From Rhodothermales bacterium (lineage in GTDB: Bacteria > Bacteroidota > Rhodothermia > Rhodothermales > JABDKH01), in NCBI GenBank assembly GCA_028284545.1, contig JANQRN010000248.1, positions 1 to 60,624 of the forward strand: 60,624 nucleotides of DNA. Reading direction: 5' to 3'. Below the pieces are notes generated by a model. That model was not told where the DNA came from. It worked only from the letters and a program-made list of their open reading frames with translations, and made no database searches. Both the position numbers and the translations under genes were made by a program. Numbering within the stretch: position 1 is the stretch's first letter; each line of letters starts with the position of its first letter. This document shows, one piece after another, positions 36,780 to 46,550 of the stretch.

Positions 36780-37475
36780 ATGCCTGCCCCAGACCACCCT
36801 TCTCAGTCCACGAAGGTAACGCGCGACGCACCCGAGGTGGAGATCGATCCGGTGGTCCTTCGTTCTTACGAGCGGATCGGCAAGTCCCTGGCCTCTGTTC
36901 GGCGTCTGCAGATCATCACGGTATTATCCGGCGGAGAGCGAACCGTCGAGGACATCGCACGCCGAACGGGCATGAGTGTGGCAAACGCCAGCCAGCACCT
37001 ACGTGGAATGCTGGCCTCGCGCCTGCTGGTCGTTCGCCGCGAGGGACCGTACGCCTTCTACCGCCTTGCCTCTGACCGAATCAACGACCTGTATTCGATG
37101 CTGCAGGAACTCGCTGCAGAACTTGATCCGGAGGCGCGTAGCGACGGGAACTGGATTTCAATCGAGCGGTTGGCGCAGCGGATGAAAGGCCGTGAGAACG
37201 TTGTCGTTCTCGATGTAAGGCCCGAGAAGGAGTACCGGGTGGGTCGCATCAAGTCGGCCCGCAGCGTTCCGCTTGACACCTTTGATCGCAGGAAGACTGA
37301 TTTTGGGAGCGACCACGACGTCGTTGTTTACGGCCGCGCAGCCGACTGTGTACTGGCCCGCGCCGCTACAGAAGAGCTCGTTCGATCTGGCCTCAGCGTC
37401 GCGCGTCTCAGGGGAGGGTTCGCGGATTGGAAGGCGAGTGGCCTGCCGGTCACACGGAGCGCGCGCAACAAGTAG
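36780..37475 (+). CDS. ArsR/SmtB HTH regulator fused to a rhodanese-like domain
   Basis: RRLQII...ANASQHL HTH; VLDVRP.EY..GRI..A..VP and LRGGFADW rhodanese motifs. Confidence 0.85.
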   Translation: MPAPDHPSQSTKVTRDAPEVEIDPVVLRSYERIGKSLASVRRLQIITVLSGGERTVEDIARRTGMSVANASQHLRGMLASRLLVVRREGPYAFYRLASDRINDLYSMLQELAAELDPEARSDGNWISIERLAQRMKGRENVVVLDVRPEKEYRVGRIKSARSVPLDTFDRRKTDFGSDHDVVVYGRAADCVLARAATEELVRSGLSVARLRGGFADWKASGLPVTRSARNK

Positions 37476-37490
37476 TCCGGCTGGGCGCTC

Positions 37491-38216
37491 ATGAACATGA
37501 GTCCTGCAGTACTGGAGGCGAATGTCGCACGCATCCGCGAGCGGATAGCGACGTCATGTGCAAGGGCGGGCCGAGACGAATCCGGCGTGAGGCTCGTTGC
37601 CGTCTCGAAGTTTGCGTCTTTGGAGGCAGTCAGGACCGCGGCCGGATTGGGTGTCACCGACCTGGGCGAGTCGCGTCCGCAGGAGCTTGAACGCAAGGCC
37701 AGGGCTTTTCCCGGGGCGCGGAACGACGGCACGGTTCGCTGGCATGCAATCGGCCCCATTCAGCGCAACAAAGCAAAACTCGTCGTCGAGCACGCCGATC
37801 TCGTGCACTCGCTCGACAGCGTTAAGCTTGCGCGCGCGCTGTCCGCGCGCGTCCAGCAACTCGATAGGCCGACGCGGCTACCTTGCCTGGTTCAGGTTAA
37901 CATATCTGGCGAGTCGGCCAAGAGCGGTTTTGCCGCAGCTGACGTTGTTCGAGGCGTAACAGATATTGCTCAGCTCAAGGGACTTGAGGTTCTCGGACTG
38001 ATGGGCATGGCTTCATTCGAGCCCGATCCGGAGTTAACGCGGCCACAGTTCGCCGCATTGAGAGCACTCGCAGCAGACGTGGCGGCACTTCAAATCCCGG
38101 GCGTCCAGATGCGTGAGTTGTCCATGGGGATGAGCAACGACTTTGAGGTTGCGATCGAGGAGGGAGCGACGCTCGTGCGCGTTGGGACCGCGATTTTTGG
38201 CGAGCGGGACTCCTAG
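37491..38216 (+). CDS. yggS: PLP homeostasis protein, YggS/PROSC family
   Basis: LVAVSK, QVNISGE..KSG, LSMGMSNDF, VRVGTAIFG. Confidence 0.93.
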   Translation: MNMSPAVLEANVARIRERIATSCARAGRDESGVRLVAVSKFASLEAVRTAAGLGVTDLGESRPQELERKARAFPGARNDGTVRWHAIGPIQRNKAKLVVEHADLVHSLDSVKLARALSARVQQLDRPTRLPCLVQVNISGESAKSGFAAADVVRGVTDIAQLKGLEVLGLMGMASFEPDPELTRPQFAALRALAADVAALQIPGVQMRELSMGMSNDFEVAIEEGATLVRVGTAIFGERDS

Positions 38217-38329
38217 ACGACTCCCGTTCGATTAAGGCCGCCAGAACCCGGTCGATTCCCCCAACAAGAGCCATCCGAATCGACTGAATCTCGAAAGTGG
38301 CACGTGGCGCACCCACGGCCGACCCAACA

Positions 38330-39211
38330 ATGAAACTGTCAGCGCTGGAAATCAAGAGTCAAGAGTTCAAACGCGCGATCCGTGGACTCGACGAGGCTGA
38401 AGTACAATCCTTTCTCGATATGGTGGCCTCCCAGTGGCACGAGGTTCAAGAGGATTTGCGTCGTTCGGAAGAGCGCACGCGTGAGCTCGAGAGCAAGATC
38501 GTTCACTACCAGAAGATCGAGGAAGCACTGCAAGAGGCGTTGACCTCAGCGAAGGCTTCTTCGAAGGCGACTGTCGCCGAGGCGGAGCGTCAGGCTGAAC
38601 TTGTAATCAGGGAGGCCGAGATCAGAGCAAGGGCACTTGCCCGTGAGGCGGAGTCGCGGATGCGGACCATGCACGATAGCGCAAATGCCATCGGGCGTCG
38701 CCGAAAAGAGATTGTAGCCCGCCTGGGCGCCTTTCTGCGTGCGGAGATGGAGATGCTGGACGATTATCGGGAGGGATCCCGCGACGACGCGATTCCTGAA
38801 TTGCCCCATCCCCAGGAAGATCCCTTTGGAGGTGAGCTCGCCGCCGAGGGGGAGTCTGAGGCGCACGACCTGATTCCGGCAAATCCGGTCGAAGCTGCGC
38901 CTTCCGAACAAATGTCGGAGGAGCCAATCGAATTCGAGTCGGACCCAGTCGGGTACGAGGCGACCGCAGACGCCGATGTCGATTACGGAGAGGAGTCCGT
39001 TGCAGACACCGTCGAGCGAGACGAGTCGGCGATGCCGGAGTTTGCGGAAGAGCGCGAGCCAGTTGAGCGTCAAGAGCACGCCGTTGCAGATGCAGGGTTC
39101 GACGGTAAGGCTACTACACCTGCTGATGCGGGTGACGGAGAAGACGGTGACGAGCTCAGCCACGAAGACACGGAATGGCGCATCAGGCGTATATTGGACA
39201 ACCTGGAGTAG
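38330..39211 (+). CDS. divIVA: DivIVA-domain protein with long acidic C-terminal tail
   Basis: MKLSALEIKSQEFKRAIRGLDEAEVQSFL N-terminus plus coiled coil; yggS-divIVA synteny. Start set at ATG 38330. Confidence 0.85.
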   Translation: MKLSALEIKSQEFKRAIRGLDEAEVQSFLDMVASQWHEVQEDLRRSEERTRELESKIVHYQKIEEALQEALTSAKASSKATVAEAERQAELVIREAEIRARALAREAESRMRTMHDSANAIGRRRKEIVARLGAFLRAEMEMLDDYREGSRDDAIPELPHPQEDPFGGELAAEGESEAHDLIPANPVEAAPSEQMSEEPIEFESDPVGYEATADADVDYGEESVADTVERDESAMPEFAEEREPVERQEHAVADAGFDGKATTPADAGDGEDGDELSHEDTEWRIRRILDNLE

Positions 39212-39265
39212 ACGGCCGCTGATCGGTTTCATCGGATCCGCGCTCTGGTGACACCCACCGTCTGA

Positions 39266-40102
39266 ATGGCAGATCCCTCTGACTCTGAGCTAGCGCGCGT
39301 CCTCGAAGCGTCGGCTTACCTTCGGTCGCAGCTTGGTGACGTGGATCCGGAGATCGGGATTATTCTCGGTACGGGTCTCGGCGACCTCGCGAAAAACATC
39401 GATGTCAGCAAGACGGTCGAGTACGGTGACGTTCCACATTTCCCGCTATCGACCGTCGAGAGTCACCATGGCAGGTTGATTCTGGGCAATCTCGAGGACC
39501 GAATGGTCCTGGCCATGCAGGGCCGTTTTCACCTCTATGAAGGCTATTCGGCGAAAGAGGTGACCATGCCAGTGCGGGTGATGCGGGAGTTAGGCCTCGA
39601 GACGCTCTTGATTTCAAACGCCGCCGGCGGCATGAATCCGTTGTATCGACGTGGCGATCTAATGTTGATCACCGATCACATCAATCTCCAAGGTGCGAAC
39701 CCGCTGATTGGTGCAAACATCGACCGATGGGGCCCAAGGTTTCCCGATATGAGCGCGCCGTACAACGGCGAACTCCGCGCGCTCGCACGGAAGAGCGCGC
39801 TCGATCGAGCCATCAAACTGCAGGAAGGTGTGTACGTATCGGTGACTGGACCGTGTCTCGAGACCAGGGCAGAGTATAGATTCTTGCGTGGTATTGGGGC
39901 GGACGCTGTGGGAATGAGTACGGTGCCGGAAGTAATCGCGGCGGTACACATGGGGATGCGGGTAGCTGCGATCTCGGTGATTACCGACGAGTGTTTCCCC
40001 GATGCTCTCGAGCCCGTCAACATCGAAGACATTTTCGCTGCGGCCGCGTCGGCAGAACCCAGTCTTACGGCAATCATGAAGGATGTTGTTCGCAACTGCT
40101 AG
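39266..40102 (+). CDS. Purine-nucleoside phosphorylase (trimeric type)
   Basis: IILGTGLG, QGRFHLYEG, NAAGG, GPCLETRAE, VGMSTVPE. Confidence 0.93.
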   Translation: MADPSDSELARVLEASAYLRSQLGDVDPEIGIILGTGLGDLAKNIDVSKTVEYGDVPHFPLSTVESHHGRLILGNLEDRMVLAMQGRFHLYEGYSAKEVTMPVRVMRELGLETLLISNAAGGMNPLYRRGDLMLITDHINLQGANPLIGANIDRWGPRFPDMSAPYNGELRALARKSALDRAIKLQEGVYVSVTGPCLETRAEYRFLRGIGADAVGMSTVPEVIAAVHMGMRVAAISVITDECFPDALEPVNIEDIFAAAASAEPSLTAIMKDVVRNC

Positions 40103-41054
40103 ATCGATCAGCTCCGCTACAGGCTGTCTCGCATCGTGCCTCTCGGTCTGGTTGTTCGCCGCTGCGTGCTCCGGAACCATCGCCCAGCAGGCGCCGCCCT
40201 TTGTCGTTGTTCTGGGCATTGCTCAGGACGGTGGCGCGCCTCAAACGGGCGTACGCTCTGATCCCCGCTGGCAGGATGGCCTCGACCGGCCGCGCGTCAG
40301 CAGCATAGGTTTAGTTGCGGGCGACGGGCGAGAGTGGCTGTTCGATGCGACACCCGACTTTCCCGACCAGGTACACCATCTCGACGCCGAGGGTGGGAGC
40401 GCTGGTTCGTCGCTACCCGATGGCGTCTTCCTGACGCACGCGCACATCGGTCACTATACGGGCCTGATGTTCCTCGGTCACGAGTCGGCCGGGGCGCAGG
40501 GGATCGACGTCTTTGCGATGCCACGCATGGCGGGGTTTCTTGAGACGAACGGGCCGTGGAGCCAACTCGTTCGATACAACAACATCACGCTTAGGGAGTT
40601 GCGAGCGAACGAGCCCGTTCCGTTGACGGATGAATTGATCGTTACTCCGATACTGGTACCGCACCGGCAGGAGTACTCCGAGGTGGTCGCGTTCCGAATT
40701 GACGGCCCCAACGGCAGCGTGCTCTATATGCCGGATGTCGACTCCTGGGCGGAGCTGGACAGTATGGGCACGCCGATTGAGTCCCTCATCGGAGATGTTG
40801 ACTATGCACTCCTCGACGCCACGTTCTTCGCGGACGGAGAAATCCCGGGCCGCGACATGAGCACGTTTCCGCACCCATTTGTCAGACATAGCTTGGAGCG
40901 TTTTCAGCACCTTTCAGCCGACGAGCGCGCGAAGATTCACTTCATCCACCTGAATCACACCAATCCGGCGCTTCGAGCGAACAGCGATGCAGCACTGGAG
41001 ATCGAGGCCGCTGGGATGTCTGTCGCGCGGCGCGGTCAGCGATTTGGTATCTGA
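40083..41054 (+). CDS. PqqB-like metallo-beta-lactamase-fold hydrolase with export signal
   Basis: LGIAQDGGAPQ, FDATPD, LTHAHIGHY, IHLNHTN. Confidence 0.8.
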   Translation: MLFATARSISSATGCLASCLSVWLFAAACSGTIAQQAPPFVVVLGIAQDGGAPQTGVRSDPRWQDGLDRPRVSSIGLVAGDGREWLFDATPDFPDQVHHLDAEGGSAGSSLPDGVFLTHAHIGHYTGLMFLGHESAGAQGIDVFAMPRMAGFLETNGPWSQLVRYNNITLRELRANEPVPLTDELIVTPILVPHRQEYSEVVAFRIDGPNGSVLYMPDVDSWAELDSMGTPIESLIGDVDYALLDATFFADGEIPGRDMSTFPHPFVRHSLERFQHLSADERAKIHFIHLNHTNPALRANSDAALEIEAAGMSVARRGQRFGI

Positions 41055-41061
41055 GCGACGG

Positions 41062-41799
41062 TCACGTCCCTGAGGTATCGAGCCCAAAGTCTGAAACGTG
41101 CAGGTTGAGCCCGTGATTGACACGAATTCCAATGGTGCCATCTGTACGAAACTCGTCACGCGAACGGGTCGCGACGACTGCGTCGTTAACAACAAACTCG
41201 ACGTCGCTGTCACCAACCCTGACAGCGAGTTTGTTCAGGGCCGTTTCGTCCTGACCGCCCTCGTGTGACTTGATCGATTCGTGGGCCGTCCAATCGCTGA
41301 TTACGCGAGTGTCGTCACCCATGCGCTCTTTGATCAGAAACTCCCCGCCCTGACGGATTAAGAAGTACGTATAGGCTTGCTCGTCGCCGTCGAGGTTGGC
41401 ACCGCCGAACAGCAATCCGAACGCCTCACGCCGACCGGCAGGATCAAAGAGGTGAATATCCGTGGTTGCGGTGAAAGACCCTGAGACGCTTGCGGCAGGG
41501 TGGTAGTAGATGCCTGCGGGTCCGGAGGTGATGTGCCAGCCCGGGGTCATGTTCACAAACAGCACGTCAGCAGTGGAGTCGGCACCGACGGTGTATTCAC
41601 GGTCGCTACGATCCGCACGGAACGTCCAGGAGGTTGGAACGGCATTCTCCTCGCCATCCGGCGAGTTAGGATCTGGAAAGCTCGCGACCGCGTCGGCCAT
41701 TCCCTCCGACGAGTTGTCGGATGTCGCATCGCTCGAATCAGATTGCGGGGCGCAGGCGGCCACCGTAACACATAGCAGAAGGCTGAGGGAGAGTCTCAT
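41062..41799 (-). CDS. Hypothetical lipoprotein with a predicted concanavalin-like beta-sandwich
   Basis: MRLSLSLLLCVTVAAC lipoprotein signal (start 41799); beta-rich body ending VEFVVND...GTIGIRVNH. Confidence 0.65.
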   Translation of the reverse strand: MRLSLSLLLCVTVAACAPQSDSSDATSDNSSEGMADAVASFPDPNSPDGEENAVPTSWTFRADRSDREYTVGADSTADVLFVNMTPGWHITSGPAGIYYHPAASVSGSFTATTDIHLFDPAGRREAFGLLFGGANLDGDEQAYTYFLIRQGGEFLIKERMGDDTRVISDWTAHESIKSHEGGQDETALNKLAVRVGDSDVEFVVNDAVVATRSRDEFRTDGTIGIRVNHGLNLHVSDFGLDTSGT

Positions 41800-41900
41800 G
41801 GTTGCTTCAGTTGGGGTAGGGGGAGCGCTCAATTTAGCCAATTCGCGTAGATTGCCATTGTCGTGCGCTAGAAGCACTGTTCTCGCCATATCCACAGCAT

Positions 41901-42683
41901 ATGATGATCGGAATTGTTGGGGGGATGGGTCCCTGGGCAACCGCGGACCTACTCGACAAGATCGCACAGGAGACGATCGCAGATGTAGATCAGGACCATG
42001 TGCCGGTGCTGGTCATGTCGCGACCGGCCGAAGTCGACGACCGCACAACGTTCATGATGGGTAACGGGACAATCAATCCTGGAGTCCAGGTCGCGCGGCA
42101 GGTGGATGAGTTGATAAGATGTGGTGCCACGGTTGTCGGGATGCCGTGCAATACGCTGCACCTACCGCGAATCTTTAAGCACGTAGAGGAGGCGGCCCGA
42201 GACGTCAGGCTTGTTAGTATCGTGGCGTCAGCAGTCAAGTCGATAACGGAGCGGTACCCTCAGGGGACGCGCGTCGGGCTCCTTGCCACGGCCGCGACAA
42301 TGACTTTTGGTCTCTACGACGAGCCGCTGAAAGAAGCCGGCTTCCGTGTGGTTCAACTTGACGAAGCGGGTTGCGCCAAGGTACATGCGGAGGGACTGTA
42401 CGGCGATTTTGGAATCAAGCGTACGCCAGGTACGGTGTCTGATGCCGCACTCGGTGTCATCTTCGGTGCCGCTCGGGAACTGGAGGCGCTTGGTGCCGAC
42501 GTGATTGCACTCGCGTGTACCGAGCTGCCGATAGTCCTCGAGCACACCGACCACGCCCTGGTTCCGGGCGTGCCCTTCTTAGATCCCACTCGCGCGCTGG
42601 CCCGCTCGCTCGTCGACGCATTCGCGCCGTCCAAGCTCAAAGCCCCTTTACCTCACAAGATGGAGAGTCCACCTAATGGGTAG
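41901..42683 (+). CDS. Aspartate/glutamate (amino-acid) racemase
   Basis: IGIVGGMGP; two catalytic Cys motifs PCNTLH and ACTELP. Confidence 0.9.
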   Translation: MMIGIVGGMGPWATADLLDKIAQETIADVDQDHVPVLVMSRPAEVDDRTTFMMGNGTINPGVQVARQVDELIRCGATVVGMPCNTLHLPRIFKHVEEAARDVRLVSIVASAVKSITERYPQGTRVGLLATAATMTFGLYDEPLKEAGFRVVQLDEAGCAKVHAEGLYGDFGIKRTPGTVSDAALGVIFGAARELEALGADVIALACTELPIVLEHTDHALVPGVPFLDPTRALARSLVDAFAPSKLKAPLPHKMESPPNG

Positions 42684-43800
42684 TCGAACTCTACCTGCCG
42701 CGCTTTTCGCGGCGGTTCTTCTTGTTCCAGGTGTGGTCAGCGGACAGTCGGGCAGCAGCGACCGCGTTCGCGCACGCGATCTTGGTATTCAGGTCGGCGT
42801 ATTCCCAACGGGTGATCTAAACACGATCACGGATGTTGCAGACGTACGCGTGGGCCACGCAACGGTCGCAATCGGAGACTCGGTCAATACCGGCGTAACA
42901 GCAATCTTGCCGCACGGCGGCAACCTGTATCGAGAACCGGTCCCGGCAGCCATGTACATCGCCAACGGCTACGGGAAGTTGCTAGGCATTGCCCAGGTGA
43001 ACGAGCTCGGCGTCATCGAGACACCGATTTTGCTTACGTGCACGCTTTGCGTTTGGAAAGCAGCTGATGCACTTGTTGAGCATATGCTCAGCGCCGATGA
43101 CATGCAGCAGGTTCGTTCAATCAATGCAGTTGTTGGCGAGACAAACGACGGATTCCTGAACGATATCCGAAGTAGGCCAATTGATCGGGAAACCGTGCGT
43201 GAAGCACTTGCGCAGGCTGATAATGGTCCGGTGGCAGAGGGCTCCGTAGGAGCCGGAAGGGGAACAATCGCTTTTGGTTGGAAGGGAGGAATTGGTACGA
43301 GTTCTCGCGTCGTGCCCTACTCCGAAGCATCGTACACGGTTGGTGTATTGGTGCAGTCAAACTATGGTGGCATCCTGACTATCGACGGTGCACCCGTTGG
43401 AGAGACCCTCGAACAGTACGCTTTTCGCAACATGACACGTGGCCAGGACGCAGATGGCTCCATTATGATAGTCGTTGCTGTCGATGCACCGCTTACGGCG
43501 CGACAGCTTGAACGTATTGCGAAACGATCAGTAGTCGGACTGGCTCGTACTGGTGCGTCAATGTCTAACGGGTCTGGCGACTTCGTAATTGCGTTCTCGA
43601 CCCACCGCGAACGCGCGTCAGCCCCGCTGCCGGACGGCGCCCTATCACCTCTGTTTCAGGCGACGGCAGAGGCTGCCGAGGAAGCGATCTACAACTCTAT
43701 CTTGATGGCAACGGATGTCAAGGGACATCGGGGATCAATTGACGCTATCTCGATCGACTCCGTCCGTTCCATTCTCAAGCGGCACGGAGTTATCGATTGA
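42676..43800 (+). CDS. DmpA/P1 (S58) family aminopeptidase with signal peptide
   Basis: ITDV..VRVGH, ETNDGFLND, GWKGGIGTSSR, DG/SIMIV autoproteolysis site, GSGDF. Confidence 0.9.
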   Translation: MGSRTLPAALFAAVLLVPGVVSGQSGSSDRVRARDLGIQVGVFPTGDLNTITDVADVRVGHATVAIGDSVNTGVTAILPHGGNLYREPVPAAMYIANGYGKLLGIAQVNELGVIETPILLTCTLCVWKAADALVEHMLSADDMQQVRSINAVVGETNDGFLNDIRSRPIDRETVREALAQADNGPVAEGSVGAGRGTIAFGWKGGIGTSSRVVPYSEASYTVGVLVQSNYGGILTIDGAPVGETLEQYAFRNMTRGQDADGSIMIVVAVDAPLTARQLERIAKRSVVGLARTGASMSNGSGDFVIAFSTHRERASAPLPDGALSPLFQATAEAAEEAIYNSILMATDVKGHRGSIDAISIDSVRSILKRHGVID

Positions 43801-44426
43801 GCACTATAGCCACGGCGGCAGGGGAGATGGTTTCATGGGTCAGCCTTGCGCTATTGGCTGTCGCCTTGGCGATCGAGGACGCGCATGGGGGGGATGAGGC
43901 CGAGATCGCGGTGCGAATCCGCGATGGCGATCATGCTGCGTTCAAGCAGTGTTTCGACGCGCACCACGACACCGTCTACCGATACCTTCGGAGTCGAGGT
44001 CTTTCGGCCGAGGTGGCCGCCGACGCGGTGCAGCAAGCGTTTATCGTCCTCTGGGACAAGCGTTCGACGATTCGAACCGGCACCTCACTCCGGGCCTTCG
44101 TCTTTCAGATTGCGTATCGACGTGCACTGAACGACCTGAGATCGCAGAAGGGAGTTGACCTCGACGACGCGGTTGCTCGCGCCCCCCTTGACGACGGGCA
44201 CTCGACAGATCTTCTGCTGCTGCGTGATCACTTTGAACGCGCCGTCGATGGCTTGCCTGAAAGGCGAAGACTGGTGTTCGAACTGTGTTTTGTACACGGC
44301 TACACGTACAAAGAGGCTGCCGCCGTGCTCGAGGTCAGCGTGAAGACCATCGAGAATCAGATGGGACACGCGCTCAAAGCAATGCGAAAGGCCTTTGCTG
44401 ACTTTCGCGAACCGAACTCCGGATGA
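43797..44426 (+). CDS. ECF sigma-70 factor
   Basis: Region 2 (DAVQQAFIVLW...AYRRALN) and region 4 (LPERRRLVF...YKEAA..LEVSVKTIENQM). Confidence 0.9.
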   Translation: MSTIATAAGEMVSWVSLALLAVALAIEDAHGGDEAEIAVRIRDGDHAAFKQCFDAHHDTVYRYLRSRGLSAEVAADAVQQAFIVLWDKRSTIRTGTSLRAFVFQIAYRRALNDLRSQKGVDLDDAVARAPLDDGHSTDLLLLRDHFERAVDGLPERRRLVFELCFVHGYTYKEAAAVLEVSVKTIENQMGHALKAMRKAFADFREPNSG

Positions 44427-45432
44427 AGGGAGCCCAGCGCTCGAGCCGGGGATGCTGTTCGGCAATCTGGACAGCGTTGAGAGCAGCACCCTTTCGGATC
44501 TGATCGCCGGTTAACCAGAACTGGTACGTATCAGCTGTTTCACCAATGGCGACGGCGGCAGGATCTTTTCGGATCCGTCCTACCAGGACCGCGTCACCAC
44601 CGATCGCGGCATGTGCCGTGGGGAAACGTGAATGCATACGATCGTCCAAGAGCTCTAACCCGGGCGCCTTCGACAACACGTGCCGAAAGTCAGATTCTGA
44701 GACGAGTGTCTCCAACTTTACGGTCACCGATTCACCGTGCACGCGCTCAACCGGTACACGGATGCAGGTCGGTGAGACTCTTGGCCTGTCGCCAAGTATG
44801 CGCTTCGTCTCTGTCACCATCTTCTGTTCCTCCTGGTTCAGACCTGTCGCGGTGTCTACTGGTGATTCGTGCGACCAGATGTTGAACGCAAACTGGCGCC
44901 TGCGCCCCGTGTCGAGGTACTCCGCGGTCTGTGCCTTCAGCTCTTGAACAGCGTGAGCGCCGGCTCCAGAGACCGCCTGATATGTCGAAACGTTTACGCT
45001 CCTGCAACCGAACTTGCGATGGAGTGGCGCGACAGCAACAAGAAGTAGAATCGTTGAGCAATTCGGATTTGCGACGAGCAAGGAGTCCCGGATGCGTTCC
45101 GGATTCACCTCAGGAACTACAAGCGTAGCCTTCGCACTAGCACGGTATGCAGACGAGTTGTCAACTACCAGTACTCCGGCCCGGACAAGCGGAAGCGCCA
45201 AGCGCTTGGCGACACTCGCCGGCGCCGCAAGAAATACGACGTCGCAATCGCTCAGGTGAGAAATATCCATGCGGTGCACTACGTGCCGCCGGCCCGCGAC
45301 CTCGATTGTGTGTCGCGTCGACGCAAAAAGCCGAAGTTCATCGGAGGGCCACCCGCGCTCGCGCAGGATCGAAATCAGTTCGCGGCCCACGAGTCCAGTC
45401 GCACCAACAATGCCAATCTGGATCATAGACAT
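44374..45432 (-). CDS. asd: Aspartate-semialdehyde dehydrogenase
   Basis: GATGLVG, DNSSAYR, VPEVN, ANPNCST, TYQAVSGAG, CIRVPV, DQIRKGAALNA. Confidence 0.95.
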   Translation of the reverse strand: MSMIQIGIVGATGLVGRELISILRERGWPSDELRLFASTRHTIEVAGRRHVVHRMDISHLSDCDVVFLAAPASVAKRLALPLVRAGVLVVDNSSAYRASAKATLVVPEVNPERIRDSLLVANPNCSTILLLVAVAPLHRKFGCRSVNVSTYQAVSGAGAHAVQELKAQTAEYLDTGRRRQFAFNIWSHESPVDTATGLNQEEQKMVTETKRILGDRPRVSPTCIRVPVERVHGESVTVKLETLVSESDFRHVLSKAPGLELLDDRMHSRFPTAHAAIGGDAVLVGRIRKDPAAVAIGETADTYQFWLTGDQIRKGAALNAVQIAEQHPRLERWAPFIRSSVRESQQRPFALL

Positions 45433-46550
45433 ACCTCCAACGGCAAGTGCACCTGATCGCCAACCGCATCGAGTGCCTCCCGCAGATCACCCCAGAGGTC
45501 CTCACGATCTTCCAGTCCGATCGAAATGCGGATGAGGTCCGCTGGGATCGCGCATGTCTCCTTGTACTCGACGGGTACGGACGCATGAGACATCTCAACG
45601 GGCATACTGATGGACGAGAACACGCTGCCAAAGCTTACAGTCGTTCGGAACAGACGCGTATTTCTCAGGATTGCACGAGACCGTGCAACGCTTCCGGTCG
45701 CAAAGCTCAAGACAGTGCATTCCTGCTCGCTTCGACGCGGGTAGAATACACGCTCGACGCCGCGGTGTTGAACCAGTAGATCACGGATCTCACGCGTCGT
45801 ATCCAGCGATCGTTGTAGCCGCACCGGGAGTGTCTGCAAACCCCGCAGAAGCAGCCAACTTGGGAAAGGCGCAAGCGCTGTGCCCTCGGCGTTCTGTCGG
45901 AATCGGAGAGTGGCGGCGAGGCCTTCACTATTGGTGCTGACGACTCCGCCCGTTAGGTCACCATGACCACCGAGAAACTTGGTGGCGGACTGAATTGCCA
46001 CGTCGGCGCCCTCGTCGAGCGGTCTCAGCCGAAGCCCTGTCACCATGGAGTGGTCAACCGCGAGAAGCGTCTTGGACGGCAACTGCGCCCGAATGCGAGA
46101 GAGATCTGCCGCAATGAGGAGAGGGTTCGACGGCACCTCGGCAAGAAAGAGATCTGGACTGTATTCGGCGAGGTGACGCTCCAGGTCAGGATCGTGGAGG
46201 TCGAAGAAGCGAATGGCCCAAGCGTGCTCTTGTCCGAGCAACTGAAGTAGGCGGAACGTCCCGCCGTACACGTCCTGGGCACATGCTATCCGCCCCCCGC
46301 AGGGTACAAGGCGCAGGACGGCAGCAATCGCTGCCACGCCACTGCTGAAGGCTAGCGCTTCTTCTGCGCCATCCAACAGGGCGAGCTGCGACTCGAGCAC
46401 GCTGCGAGTGGGATTGCCGCTACGACTGTAATCCCATTTGCTGTCTTCATCGACAGCGAAGGTGGCGGACTGATAGAGCGGCGTGCTGGATGCGCCCGTC
46501 GGCTCTTGGTCGCTCGGCGACGGCTGAGCAAGGAGAGTGGAGATGTCCAT
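45423..46550 (-). CDS. metC: PLP-dependent trans-sulfuration enzyme, probably cystathionine beta-lyase
   Basis: YSRSGNPTR, YGGT, SATKFLGGHGD, RISIGLED; TGATG coupling at 46550. Assignment as metC rather than metB is inferred. Confidence 0.7.
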   Translation of the reverse strand: MDISTLLAQPSPSDQEPTGASSTPLYQSATFAVDEDSKWDYSRSGNPTRSVLESQLALLDGAEEALAFSSGVAAIAAVLRLVPCGGRIACAQDVYGGTFRLLQLLGQEHAWAIRFFDLHDPDLERHLAEYSPDLFLAEVPSNPLLIAADLSRIRAQLPSKTLLAVDHSMVTGLRLRPLDEGADVAIQSATKFLGGHGDLTGGVVSTNSEGLAATLRFRQNAEGTALAPFPSWLLLRGLQTLPVRLQRSLDTTREIRDLLVQHRGVERVFYPRRSEQECTVLSFATGSVARSRAILRNTRLFRTTVSFGSVFSSISMPVEMSHASVPVEYKETCAIPADLIRISIGLEDREDLWGDLREALDAVGDQVHLPLEVCL

